Shown: positions 49,032-60,429 of the stretch, in pieces
How positions within the stretch are numbered: position 1 is the first letter of the stretch
Layout: every line of letters starts with the position of its first letter
Assembly: GCF_018977255.1 (NCBI RefSeq)
Contig: NW_024704743.1
Location: 82,400,001-82,464,000, forward strand
Source: Callorhinchus milii
Lineage: Eukaryota
Length of the DNA: 64,000 bases
Reading direction: 5' to 3'
Program-made: the position numbers and the translations under genes
The notes under the pieces: model-generated
The model's input: only the letters and a program-made list of their open reading frames with translations
Told to the model about the DNA's origin: nothing
Database searches by the model: none

Positions 49032-52000
49032 CTGTAATTAATCAGACAACAATGTTGAAAACAAAGTTGGAATGGCTTACAAAATAACAGCCAATGTTAG
49101 ATCAGGCCTGTTGTATCTTCCAATATGTTCTGAACATGAAAAGTAAATTAAAACTAAACGCTTCACGACAGCCAGCCTAATTTAAATAGAGATAGCGGGG
49201 AAGATGCAATCACTAAAAAAAAACAGCATGGACAAGTGATCTAAAGTTTTGAGTTAAACCTTCATCAAATGTAGACTCATATCTCAAATCTCAGCGCTAT
49301 GCTTTGCTTTATCACAAAGACCTGATGAGGTTGAGTTCATAGCAGCATTTAAAGGTGAACTGAATGCATATCTGTAAAAATAATATGAAAAGGTACAGTG
49401 ATTAGAGTAGATAACTCCAGTGGGGGAAAGTTTACCTGAGCACGATGGGCTGAATGGCTCCACTCAGTATTGTTCTACAAATTCTACCAAAACAGAAATT
49501 GCTGAAAATGCACAGCAGATTGATCAACATTTGAAAAATAAGTTAACTCTTCAGATATAACACATCATCAGAAATAATGAATAGGGGGCAGTCCTGAAGG
49601 GGTAGTGAAGTGGACAGATCAGTCTAAATTGGCCCCAAAGCCTTTCAAAGATTTAGAAGTTAAAATCAGCTGTGTTTACTATCCTTATCCTTCTTCAGCA
49701 CCTTCTACTGGTAATGCACACATGGCAGCAGGGTGAGGAGGTCAGGCTCAGCTGTGAAACCCTCTACTGTAGCCGGCTGGCACTCAATGCCATTCTCACA
49801 CATGTACAACGACACCAAAGGTAGTGTCCTAGAAAGCAACCTGCTCTCACGAGGACCAGAAGCAGAAGCATTCAGCAGTGGGGAGAAAAGTTAGTTTTGT
49901 TCCAAAAAATGAATGAATGGATAAGAGAAAACCTTCAAATACAGACATTGAGAAAGGCTCAATTGTTTAAGTACCAGAAAGATGCAACATCTGTACATAC
50001 GATGCAAAATTACATTTGTATAGCACTTTTTACGTCGGGAGGACGTCCCAAGGCACTGGACAGTTGGATATAAGGAAGGACATAAGCGGCTTAAATGAAT
50101 ACCACAAATTATTTCAGACCAGTTTCATGTTGAGATAACTGAATACCCTGCAGCCCAAACTCACAATTCTTTCCAAAGTTGTTGTAGTTTCATTCACTCG
50201 TTTCTTTATGTTACAGGGCATTTCCCACAGTACACTGACAGCCGAGGGTTCAGCCACTTATGTCCCTCTCTCTGGAATTCTCTTCCAAACTCTCTCACAA
50301 AATCCCTCCACCCCTAACCCTCCTTCTCTGCTATCAAAAATCTCTCTCAAAAACTATTCCTTTCTACCCCTTCTATTTTCCAACTTGCTAAGGCGAGACG
50401 TTACCCTATGAAAGGTGCAAGTTGTTATAACTAAGGAGAGTCGTTTCCAGTCTTTACCTAGTACTGTCCCTGAGCAGGCAGCACAGAGCTCGTTCCAACA
50501 GGTTGACTAAGTTGGGAATTTGCCAAGTACTGCTTCGCTTTCCCCTGGACGTAACAATTTTGACAATGTGCAGGTTCAATAGGAGTTTCCAATTATCAGT
50601 GAAAATATGTGTGAAAGATTGTCTGGTGTGGAGAATAAATACCGGCACACACTGGTTGGGACAAATGGGCTGTTTTCATGCTGTATCTATCATTCTATGT
50701 CATTTTATATAACATCTTGCTTCAATTTAACATCTCTTTCTCTTCTTCTCCACCCCGGAAAACACAGCAACAATTGGAATTATTCTATTTAGACAACAAT
50801 TTGCATTCACATATACTGTAGCACTTTTCATGTAAAAATCTAATTCTTATAAAGAATTTTATAAAGAAAAATTGATCAGAAATGAATGTTTTATTGTACT
50901 GGCAAACATGGCAGCTAATTTGCACCAGCAACCTCCCAAAAAGAGACCAGCAGTCATTTACTGTATTTTGAATTTGGAGATCCATTGAATAAGGAGAAGA
51001 ATATAATTCAGGATCCCTAGGAAAAAAGCTCTACATTTCTTGGAAATAACATGGATCACAAGGCTGGCAGAATTTAAATCAATGAAACAGTCAAAAACAA
51101 ATCACAATCTGGAAACAGATAACTTTGTATTTAATATACAATGTTGTTATGCAGCCAATCTGAGCCAGCAATGTTCCACAAAAATGCTGAGTCAAATTAA
51201 TTACACGTTACAAGGCAGATATTTGTGTGAGTGTGAGGAATTTCATACATAACCCTGAGATGCCGTTTAATATCATTTTAAAACTACTTTGTGTGTTTTA
51301 ATTTCAATCAAGGCAATAAATAGCATGTATGAAAGGAAGGAACACCTGATTAGATTCTGAGACACTCTCTCAATTTTTTCGGGGTGACTGATGGTCATGC
51401 ATAAAATCCTTCAACCAGGAACACAGTATTCATTTGAAGAGAATGATTTGCCCTAAAATGTTGCTTGATTCAACAGTTAATCATGGAGATGTGCACACTA
51501 TATGCTCTGCAACTCAAAGTGAAAAAAGTGCTCACATTTAGACAAGCGTTGCTGAAATGCTTTCCTCAGTCAGCTTATCTGTACCCAGCCTTGCTTCACT
51601 TTGAATTTTACCAGAGAAATAAGCAAGATATTCATCAGAAGTAGTCATTAGCTCCCTCAAAGGCTCAATTGCCGAAGCCATTAAGTCCTGAAATGCTGTG
51701 CATCTCGGCTTGGGAGAGGGTAACAACAATCACATTGTTATGATACAATCCCTGCTGTAAAGTACAAATGTGGACAGCTAAATGAACAAAATCAGGCTCA
51801 TATGTGATGCCATCACGCTCAACAGATAGTTTGCTAGCACTCTCTGTCCAGGTTCACACATCATCACAATAATAATCCTTGAATATGATATAGCACCTTA
51901 TCACGTGGTTGAGACATCTCAAAGCGTTTCACAGAATATATTGTAAAGTAAATGGACTGTGTATTTTGTGGGCGAAACATGAAGAATGACTGCTTGGTTC

Positions 52001-53247
52001 AAGTACTGGAAAATTATTGCTGCTTGCACAAAATATCCCACCATGAGGCTCTGTGCCTTGAGAGGCAGAAAAAAATTACCACACTTCCAGTTAGCGCAGG
52101 TCCACAGGAGAGGGCAGGGGGAGTGATATGATGGGATTCCCCCGTACGCTCTAAATGGTAGCATTCTCAAAGAAGTAGGGAAAGAGCAGGGATCAGGTGA
52201 ACACATTTTTAAACGTGGGGCTACAGGTGAGAAAAGCAATCAGCATACGGAGGGTAAATTTGCAACATTTCATAACGGATTAGGCACGGAATTTCAGCTA
52301 ATAATCGACTGGTTTAAAGACAGAATAACATCCCTACAGCTTAATATAATGGTTTGCACCCTGGGAGATTTTATTTTAAAAACCTTGTTCTGCATCTTGG
52401 ATTTCAGCCTGATCCAGAACTGCAGAGAATTGTCGTCTTATCAGCCAAGAAGCAGCATCTGAAACTGCTTATTACACAATACTGGCTGAATTAACCCACT
52501 ATCTCTATTTTCAGGCGGCCAAATCCGCTGTTTTCTGCAATTGGAACATGGAGATATTTGGGCCTCCAGCTCAAATATCTCGCACAGGTGCTCTCGCCCT
52601 ACTAAACATTCCTAATCCATGAGCATATACAGTGAGCATTAGCACAAGCACTGTAACTTTGGCTACTACTCAACCCAATCTTGTCTTCATTTAGTTGTGC
52701 GCACCCCCCCCCCGCCCAACTTCCTGAGCTTTGGGCAGTGAGGTATTTTTAGGGAGGTGATTTCACAGGAAATATTGTGAAGTGGAGTGACAGGGAATTT
52801 GGGGGCAAATATGGAAAGTCTGCGCAGGTAGGTGTATTATAGCCAGCGCAGATATAATGGGTGAACAGCCTCCTCTTCTGCACTGTGAATTTAATCATCT
52901 GTCGTACTTAGTTAGAACCCTTGGACCATCCTAAGCATTTGATATCGCGCCTTTCACACCTACACTATGAGTTCAAACAACCAAAGTGGAGCTTCAACTA
53001 GCTGTACTACTTGATGAGGACCCCGGGACCCAGCATCTTTGGGAATGATTTGACATGAAGACCTGTGCTCCATCAGAGCTCTGTACTCCACACTGCCTCT
53101 TTTTAGGGCTGAAATTCCAGCTGGATCTTGGTACAAACCATTATTAAGAGAGAATTGGAAACCTGTTAACCTGGAAGCCCAAATTGCTCCTGGGTAGATG
53201 AGCAGAAAAGAACGTTGCTGGACAGTGCTATCAATGACAAGCGATAA

Positions 53248-53530
53248 TATAATAAATCTTTGTATTTGATATAGCACCTTATCACATCTTTGAGACATCT
53301 CAAAGCGCTTTACAGAATATACTGCAAAGTGAACCGATTGTATATTTTGTGGGTGAAATGTGGCAGTCAATTACGCACAGCAGAGTCCCACAGACAGTCA
53401 TGGATTGAGTGACCAAATTATTATTTATTTATATATATATATATATTCCTTAATTTTTTGAAGGCATTATTACCCCGGAAAAGCGATCTGCCAATCGACT
53501 AACAACTGGTTCCTACTTATTGCTGGGTAA
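53248..53530 (-). mobile_element. SINE long form, 5'-truncated (C8orf76 intron 1)
   Basis: Reverse complement of the long-form body and tail. Confidence 0.82.
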
Positions 53531-54066
53531 ACAACAACAACAACTGTAAAAACAGGCATGTGATTGGTTTGGCTGGTTATACTTCAGCAGTACCCTCAAC
53601 ACTTACCCCTTGGCTCCAGCCAATCTGCAGCAAATACTGCAGAGTTAGGTAAGCAGGGCGCATTCCTCCCCAGGAAGAGATTGCACATTCTTCCCAAATA
53701 TTCTACAGGGAACTTTTCCATGCATACCTGGGAATTTGCAGGACATTAATGTAATTGACTATCACGTTAATGTAACTGATTGTCACACAATACAAAATAG
53801 TCACTGGACTTGACAGTAAAAAATCATTTGAGGTGTTTTGATGACATTACAATAATACCCATCTTTGCCTTTCACGCCCATAGGACATCTCAAAGAGCTA
53901 TAAAGTGACTGTGAATTTCACAGAAGAATGCAACAAGACCCTTTCTCACAGCAATGTCCCATTGAGAAAGCCAAGATAAGAGGCTACATTTCAGTGCAAG
54001 GATTATTATTCATGTTTATAAACATAGACAAAGCTCTGAGTACTGAGCTCAGTGCTGTGAGGGCTT

Positions 54067-55121
54067 CACTCACACACACTCAAACACCCACACTTAAACT
54101 CACACACTCACTCACTCACTCAAACACACACTCACTCACTCACTCAAACACACACCCACACACTCACTCAAACACACACCCACACACTCACTCAAACACA
54201 CACCCACACACTCACTCAAACACACACCCACACACTCACTCAAACACACACCGACACACTCACTCAAACACATACCCACACAAACACACACTCACTCACA
54301 CACGCACTCACTCACTCACTCAAACACATTCACTCACTCAAACACACACTCACTCACTCAAACACACACTCACTCAAACACACACTCACTCACACACACA
54401 CTCACTCAAACACACACACAAACACACACTCACTCAAAAACACACTCACTCAAACACACACTCACTCAAACACACACTCACTCAAACACACACTCACTCA
54501 CTCACTCAAACACACACTCACTCACTCACTCAAACACACACTCACTCACTCACACACACTCACTCACTCACTCACTCACACTCACTCACTCACACACACT
54601 CACTCACTCAAACACACACTCACTCACTCAAATACACACTCACACAGTCACTCAAACACGCACTCAAACACACACTCACTCACACACACACTCACTCACT
54701 CAAACACACACTCACTCACTCAAACACACACTCACTCACACACACTCACTCACTCAAACACACACAGTCACACAAACACACACTCACTCAAACATACACC
54801 CACACAAACACTCACTCACTCAAACACACACTCACTCAAACACACACTCACTCACTCAAACACACACTCACTCACTCAAACACACACTCACTCACTCAAA
54901 TACACACTCAGTTACTGAAACACACACTCACCCACACACACACTCACCCACACACACACTCACTCAAACACACACTCACTCAAACACACACTCACTCAAA
55001 CACACTCATAGTCACTCAAACACACTCATAGTCACTCAAACACACACTCACTCAAACACACACTCACTCAAACACACTCATAGTCACTCAAACACACACT
55101 CACAGTCACCCACTCACTCAC
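54067..55121. repeat. CA/CACT/CAAA low-complexity tandem array in C8orf76 intron 1
   Basis: About 1.05 kb of CACTCACTCAAACACA-type units; reads (GTGAGT/GTGT)n on the sense strand. Confidence 0.95.
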
Positions 55122-55295
55122 TGGGCCTGGCTGTGAGCGGCTCGGGGCCTGGCGGGGCTCTGTCCCCGGGGCCTGGCGGGGCTCTGTCCCCGGGCTCGGG
55201 GCCTGGCTGTGAGCGGCTCGGGGCCTGGCGGGGCTCTGTCCCCGGGCCCGGGGCCTGGCGGGGCTCTGTCCCCGGGTGTGGTGTGAGCCGCTCAG
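55122..55295. repeat. Short GC-rich tandem repeats at the start of C8orf76 intron 1
   Basis: Repeated GGGGCCTGGCGGGGCTCTGTCCCC (4 copies) and GGGCCTGGCTGTGAGCGGCTC units. Confidence 0.9.
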
Positions 55296-55307
55296 GGCAG
55301 TGGTTAC

Positions 55308-55421
55308 CTCGGGGCCGCACAGTCTGGCCTGGTACAGGCCCGGCCCAGGCCCCGGCTCCGGCCTCCGCTCCGGGATCCCCGCGAAAAGCGAGTCATCAAA
55401 AGCGGCAAAAGAGCTCTCCAT
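55308..55421 (-). CDS. C8orf76: C8orf76 orthologue coding exon 1, 114 nt
   Basis: ATG in gggATGg context. MESSFAAFDDSLFAGIPERRPEPGPGPGLYQARLCGPE resembles the human C8orf76 N-terminus (FEDSVFEERPERR...YCAKLCEPQ). Donor GAG|GTAACC; CpG-rich. Confidence 0.88.
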
Positions 55422-55444
55422 CCCGACCCGAGACCCCGACCAGA

Positions 55445-56725
55445 GCCCCGCCCACAGCACAGCCCCGCCTCCAGCCCCGCCCACACCCCGCCTCCAGCCC
55501 CGCCCACACCCCGCCTCCAGCCCCGCCCACACCCCGCCTCCAGCCCCGCCCACACCCCGCCTCCAGCCCCGCCCCCACCCCGCCTCCAGCCCCGCCCACA
55601 GCACAGCCCCGCCTCCAGCCCGCCCACACCCCGCCTCCAGCCCCGCCCACACCCCGCCTCCAGCCCCGCCCACACCCCGCCTCCAGCCCCGCCCCCACCC
55701 CGCCTCCAGCCCCGCCCACAGCACAGCCCCGCCTCCAGCCCCGCCCACAGCACAGCCCCGCCTCCAACCCCGCGCACACCCCGCCTCCAGCCCCGCCCAC
55801 ACCCCGCCTCCAGCCCCCGCCCCCACCCCGCCTCCAGCCCCGCCCACAGCACAGCCCCGCCTCCAACCCCGCGCACACCCCGCCTCCAGCCCCGCCCACA
55901 CCACAGCCCCGCCTCCAGCCCCGCCCACACCCCGCCTCCAGCCCCGCCCACAGCACAGCCCCGCCTCCAGCCCCGCCCACACCCCGCCTCCAGCCCCGCC
56001 CACAGCACAGCCCCGCCTCCAGCCCCGCCCACAGCACAGCCCCGCCTCCAGCCCCGCGCACACCCCGCCTCCAGCCCCGCCCACAGCACAGCCCCGCCTC
56101 CAGCCCCGCGCACACCCCGCCTCCAGCCCCGCCCACACCACAGCCCCGCCTCCAGCCCCGCCCACACCCCGCCTCCAGCCCCGCCCACAGCACAGCCCCG
56201 CCTCCAGCCCCGCCCACACCACAGCCCCGCCTCCAGCCCCGCCCACACCCCGCCTCCAGCCCCGCCCACAGCACAGCCCCGCCTCCAGCCCCGCCCACAG
56301 CACAGCCCCGCCTCCAGCCCCGCGCACACCCCGCCTCCAGCCCCGCCCACAGCACAGCCCCGCCTCCAGCCCCGCCCACACCCCGCCTCCAGCCCGCCCA
56401 CAGCACAGCCCCGCCTCCAGCCCCGCCCACACCCCGCCTCCAGCCCCGCCCACAGCACAGCCCCGCCCACAGCCCCGCCCACAGCACAGCCCCGCCCACA
56501 GCACAGCCCCGCCCCCCGCCCACAGCACAGCCCCGCCCCCCGCCTCCAGCCCCGCCCACAGCACAGCCCCGCCCACAGTACAGCCCCGCCCCCCGCCTCC
56601 AGCCCCGCCTCCAGCCCCGCCCACAGCACAGCCCCGCCCACAGCACAGCCCCGCCCACAGCACAGCACAGCCCCGCCCCCCGCCTCCAGCCCCGCCCACA
56701 TACACAGCCCCGCCCACATACACAG
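55445..56725. repeat. GC-rich variant-repeat minisatellite made of GC boxes, at the C8orf76 promoter/5' end
   Basis: Interleaved units CAGCCCCGCCTC, CAGCCCCGCCCA(CAGCA) and CACCCCGCCTC. It starts about 25 nt upstream of the C8orf76 ATG and is CpG-dense. Confidence 0.95.
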
Positions 56726-57090
56726 CCCCCCCACATGTACAGCAGTGCCTCACAAACACATCCCACCACCACACACACATCCCCCCACATACACACCCCC
56801 CCACACACACACACACAGCCCCCCCCCCACATACATCCCCCCACATACACACCCCCCACAGCCCCCACACACACAGCCCCCCCACACACCCCACACACAG
56901 CCCCCCCCACCTACACACACCCCAACACACCCCCCCCCCACCTACACACACCCCCCCCACACACAGCCCCCCCCCCCCCCACCTACACACACCCCCCCAC
57001 ACACAGCCCCCCCCACCTACACACACCCCCCCCACACACACAGCCCCCCCCCCCCCACCTACACACAGTACCTCCACATACAGTCCCCAC
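56726..57090. repeat. C-run/CA low-complexity repeat upstream of the minisatellite
   Basis: CCCCCCCACACACAG / CCTACACACACCCC units. Confidence 0.9.
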
Positions 57091-57304
57091 AGTGTTGGTC
57101 ATCTCATGTCTTTGAACATTAAATGCAATGGCCAACAACAAATCAAAAATGTATTAATTTCATGGTTGTGTGTGGGATATTGCTGTGCACGATTGTGCTG
57201 CCGTGTTCGCCTACAAATACACAGTCACTCTTCTTCACAGTAAATCCTGTGAAGTCCTTTGGGACGTCCTCCCAACCTGAAAGGTGCTACACCAAACGCA
57301 CAGA

Positions 57305-57336
<32 letters not shown>

Positions 57337-58280
57337 GTGTGAGAAGTCACTTTGTAACCTGATTCATTGCGTAACAGACAACAGTGTTTACCTCATGAAT
57401 AGCTCCCTCTGCTGGGTACAGATGTAAAGACAACATACTGTGAAGTCCTGGTAATAACTTGGTTTAACTCGTCACCAGGTCTAAATGCGTCGTGACCTCC
57501 CGCCCGATTCTGTGATAGGACAGAGCGAGAGGCCACCGCGTGGCCTTCCGATAGACCAGAAGCCTCTGCAATGCATCTGAGTGTGCACACCCAAGCTCAG
57601 CACCAGTCACAGCACCCCTTGTGGCCCGGGAGGACCGATGCCTAATCAGCCACTCGGGATAAATTGTCACTGAGCCACTTTCCCTTGGAATGATGAGTTT
57701 ATTGTACTCCTGAATACATTCAATGTTGGGGTAGTACATCCTCAACCTGGGCAGTTATAGTCCCACATATCTCTTAACCTCATTCACACTCTTAATCGAC
57801 AACAATAAGTGTAATAATAATAATGATCCTATTGTCTATTTCTCGATTACCACACCTGGTGATACAGGACGTTCTGTTCGCTTTGATCTGAATTTCATAC
57901 CTGTTCACTGAGTTTCATTGTCATGGTGGCCTTCTTTGGAACAAAGGCTATCAAAGCTTATCCTGACTACTGAAACCCTTATCCGTGTTTTTTGTCATCT
58001 TATATCTTTGAACGTTAAATGCAATTACCTTTTTTTCAAAAAGGGATAATTAATTAAAAGAAATATTTTATAAATCAAACCATGGCTCAAATTCTGCTGG
58101 ATGCTCCTCTGGACATTAACTGGGCCAAAAGATCATTGTCTATCCATTCAGGTCACCGGTGAAAATCCTACAGAACTTTTGGGAACGAGAAAGGAGTTTC
58201 TCCGATCTCACTGTAACACGAATGGTGAGGCTCTGAATCTGCAGGTGACTAGTCAGCTTGCTTTACCTTTCTGTGTCCTT

Positions 58281-58636
58281 GGAGTCCTGTAGCTCAGTGG
58301 TTAGAGCACTCACTTCGCAAGCGAAGAGACCTGGGTTCGATCTCCAGCGGGCGAAATGTTGGGCAAGTTTCCTTACTCCACAAGCCTGTTTACCGAGCAG
58401 TAAATAGGAACCCAGTTGTTAGTCGATTGGCAGATTGCTTTTCTGGGGGTAATAATTCCTTTTAAAAAATAAATGGTCACTCAATCCACGACTGTTTGTG
58501 GGACACCGCTGTGCGCAATTGAACTATCTCCCACAAAATACACAGTCACTACACTTTACAATATATTCTGTGAAGTGCTTTGATACATTTAGAAGAGGTG
58601 ATAAGACACTATATCAAGTACAAGGATTATTATTAT
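58281..58636 (+). mobile_element. tRNA(Ala)-derived SINE, long form, full length
   Basis: GGAGTCCTGTAGCTCAGTGG...GGGTTCGATCTCC head, internal GCAGTAAATAGGAACC segment, body and (TTA)n tail. Confidence 0.9.
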
Positions 58637-60034
58637 CACTGACCTGGAAAGCTGCTTAAAAACGTAAGTCTATCCTATAATCATGTACCCAGGTTTCACC
58701 AGAGGGGAAATACCCATAGCTGTCAAAGAAAAAATGTTATATCTGAGGGTCATTAAATTCCTTTCCCTTCAGAATTATAATTATATAGTCAAAGAGAAGA
58801 ATGTTAATGAGATAACCAACCAGTTAGGGGAACTTTCTTCATTGTCCATATTGTTTTCCAAAAGACTAAATTGAACTTTATGACATGCTGGGGGTTTAGA
58901 AAAATATCTAGCAACCATCTGAGGCAAAACTGCACATATGCTTGGGGGCAGAATTTGCCAGAATTCTTCTAACTTTCTTAAGCCTCCAAATGCTAATTTA
59001 GTGCCACTGTGGAAGGCACTAAATTGTAGGCAATTTCTCATAAGAGGAATCATTCCCCAGCTATTGCTTTTTTACTTCCCATTGACCAGTGTTGTGAGGA
59101 TGTGCCACTTTGAGGGTGTGATATTTTGCAGTAATTGTAAGTGTTATTTGTTGTTGCAGTAGAACAGAAACATACACTTTTTTTAAAAAAAAAGGGTATG
59201 CAAAGATCACGTTTGAGTGATACTGAAAGTAATGCAGAAAATAAAAAAACTCCATAAGGTGCAATTGGAATTATAAATAAAAGGGATGATGTGCAGAGAC
59301 AGCTAATGAATGTGCATATTTTCAAGTGATTCCAAATTGAACTCATATAGTTCAGATTGATTCACCACTGCAATGCTGCAGGTGTCCTGAATTGTTGGAA
59401 GTGGTAGCTGTTGGATCATGTTAAATCGTGGTCCTAATTTGCCAGTTCAGGTGGATATTAAAGGTACCGTGGCACTATTCAAAAATAATTTATCCCTCTG
59501 TCCAAGAATTACTCCAATAAAATTGGTCATTCTGCTATTGTGTGCAAATGGCTACCATGTTCACCTACAAAATACAGTCGCTAAACTTTACAGTATGTCA
59601 TGTAAAGTGCTTGGACGCACTTCTGAAATGTGAAATCTTCCCAATGTGAAATGTACTGTATTAAATGCAAGGATTATTATAATTTTCTACACACCAGTTA
59701 AAGACCAGTATATCCTGGAAAGATATATGCCAAAGATAAAAAAAATGTTAAGACCCCTGGAGAGAAAGAAGTACTTGTCGATCTTATACTCAGATGTTCA
59801 GGAGCATTCTCCCTGTCATTATCAGGAATGGCCTTCCTATGTTGCAGCTTATGTTTATTTCTCTCGCTGATAGGCCATTACAGCAGTTTATTCAAAATGT
59901 TCCTGGAGAGCTGACTGTGTGTGAGAAGCTGGTGTTTCTAGTATTTTTAAAGCACACCCTCCTCCGCATACAGCTCTTCACCAAAATATGTAGTTTACAA
60001 TAGCCCTGAAATAATGATTGTAATGTTCTCTACA

Positions 60035-60175
60035 CCATCCTCGCTCCCTCCCTTCCCTCCCCTCACCCTGACCATTTCCCCCCAATGCTCGGGTCCTGAC
60101 CCAACTGTGCAGTGCCTTGGGACGTCCTCCTGACGTGAAAGACACTCTATAAATGGAATCTTGTTGTTGTTGTTC
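60035..60175 (+). mobile_element. Short young L2 3' end
   Basis: CCCTCACCCTGACCATTTCCCCCC...GGGACGTCCTCCTGACGTGAAAG...(TTG)n. Confidence 0.82.
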
Positions 60176-60429
60176 TTAAGATTGTAGCAATTCAGGGTTA
60201 AAAAAATCATACGGTGTGATGATTACATTGTTAATATGATCCAAGACAGCCAATAATTATTTACTGGCTGTGGGTATGAACTCTGCCCCATGTATTTCGT
60301 CCAAAGTAATTTTCAAAATGTGGTGCTTTAAATTAATCCTCATGTATGTTGAATATGTCACTTAAATGAAAGCACTAATAATTACAGCAGTGAAACATGA
60401 AGTAATGTAAAATACAAGAAGTCCATACA

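Noticed and set aside
52250..52620. Possible DNA-transposon/MITE remnant (similar ends near 43360, 53105 and 58945)
   Set aside because: Too decayed to define TIRs or TSDs by eye.
53928..55031. 367-aa His/Thr-rich ORF
   Set aside because: Translation of the CA/CACT low-complexity array.
55445..56725. CRISPR-like repeat array
   Set aside because: No unique spacers, vertebrate context and no cas genes; it is a minisatellite.
55068..57243. Five long ORFs (476-669 aa) on both strands
   Set aside because: They arise from a stop-free GC minisatellite that is open in several frames. Only 55308-55421 has protein homology and splice support.
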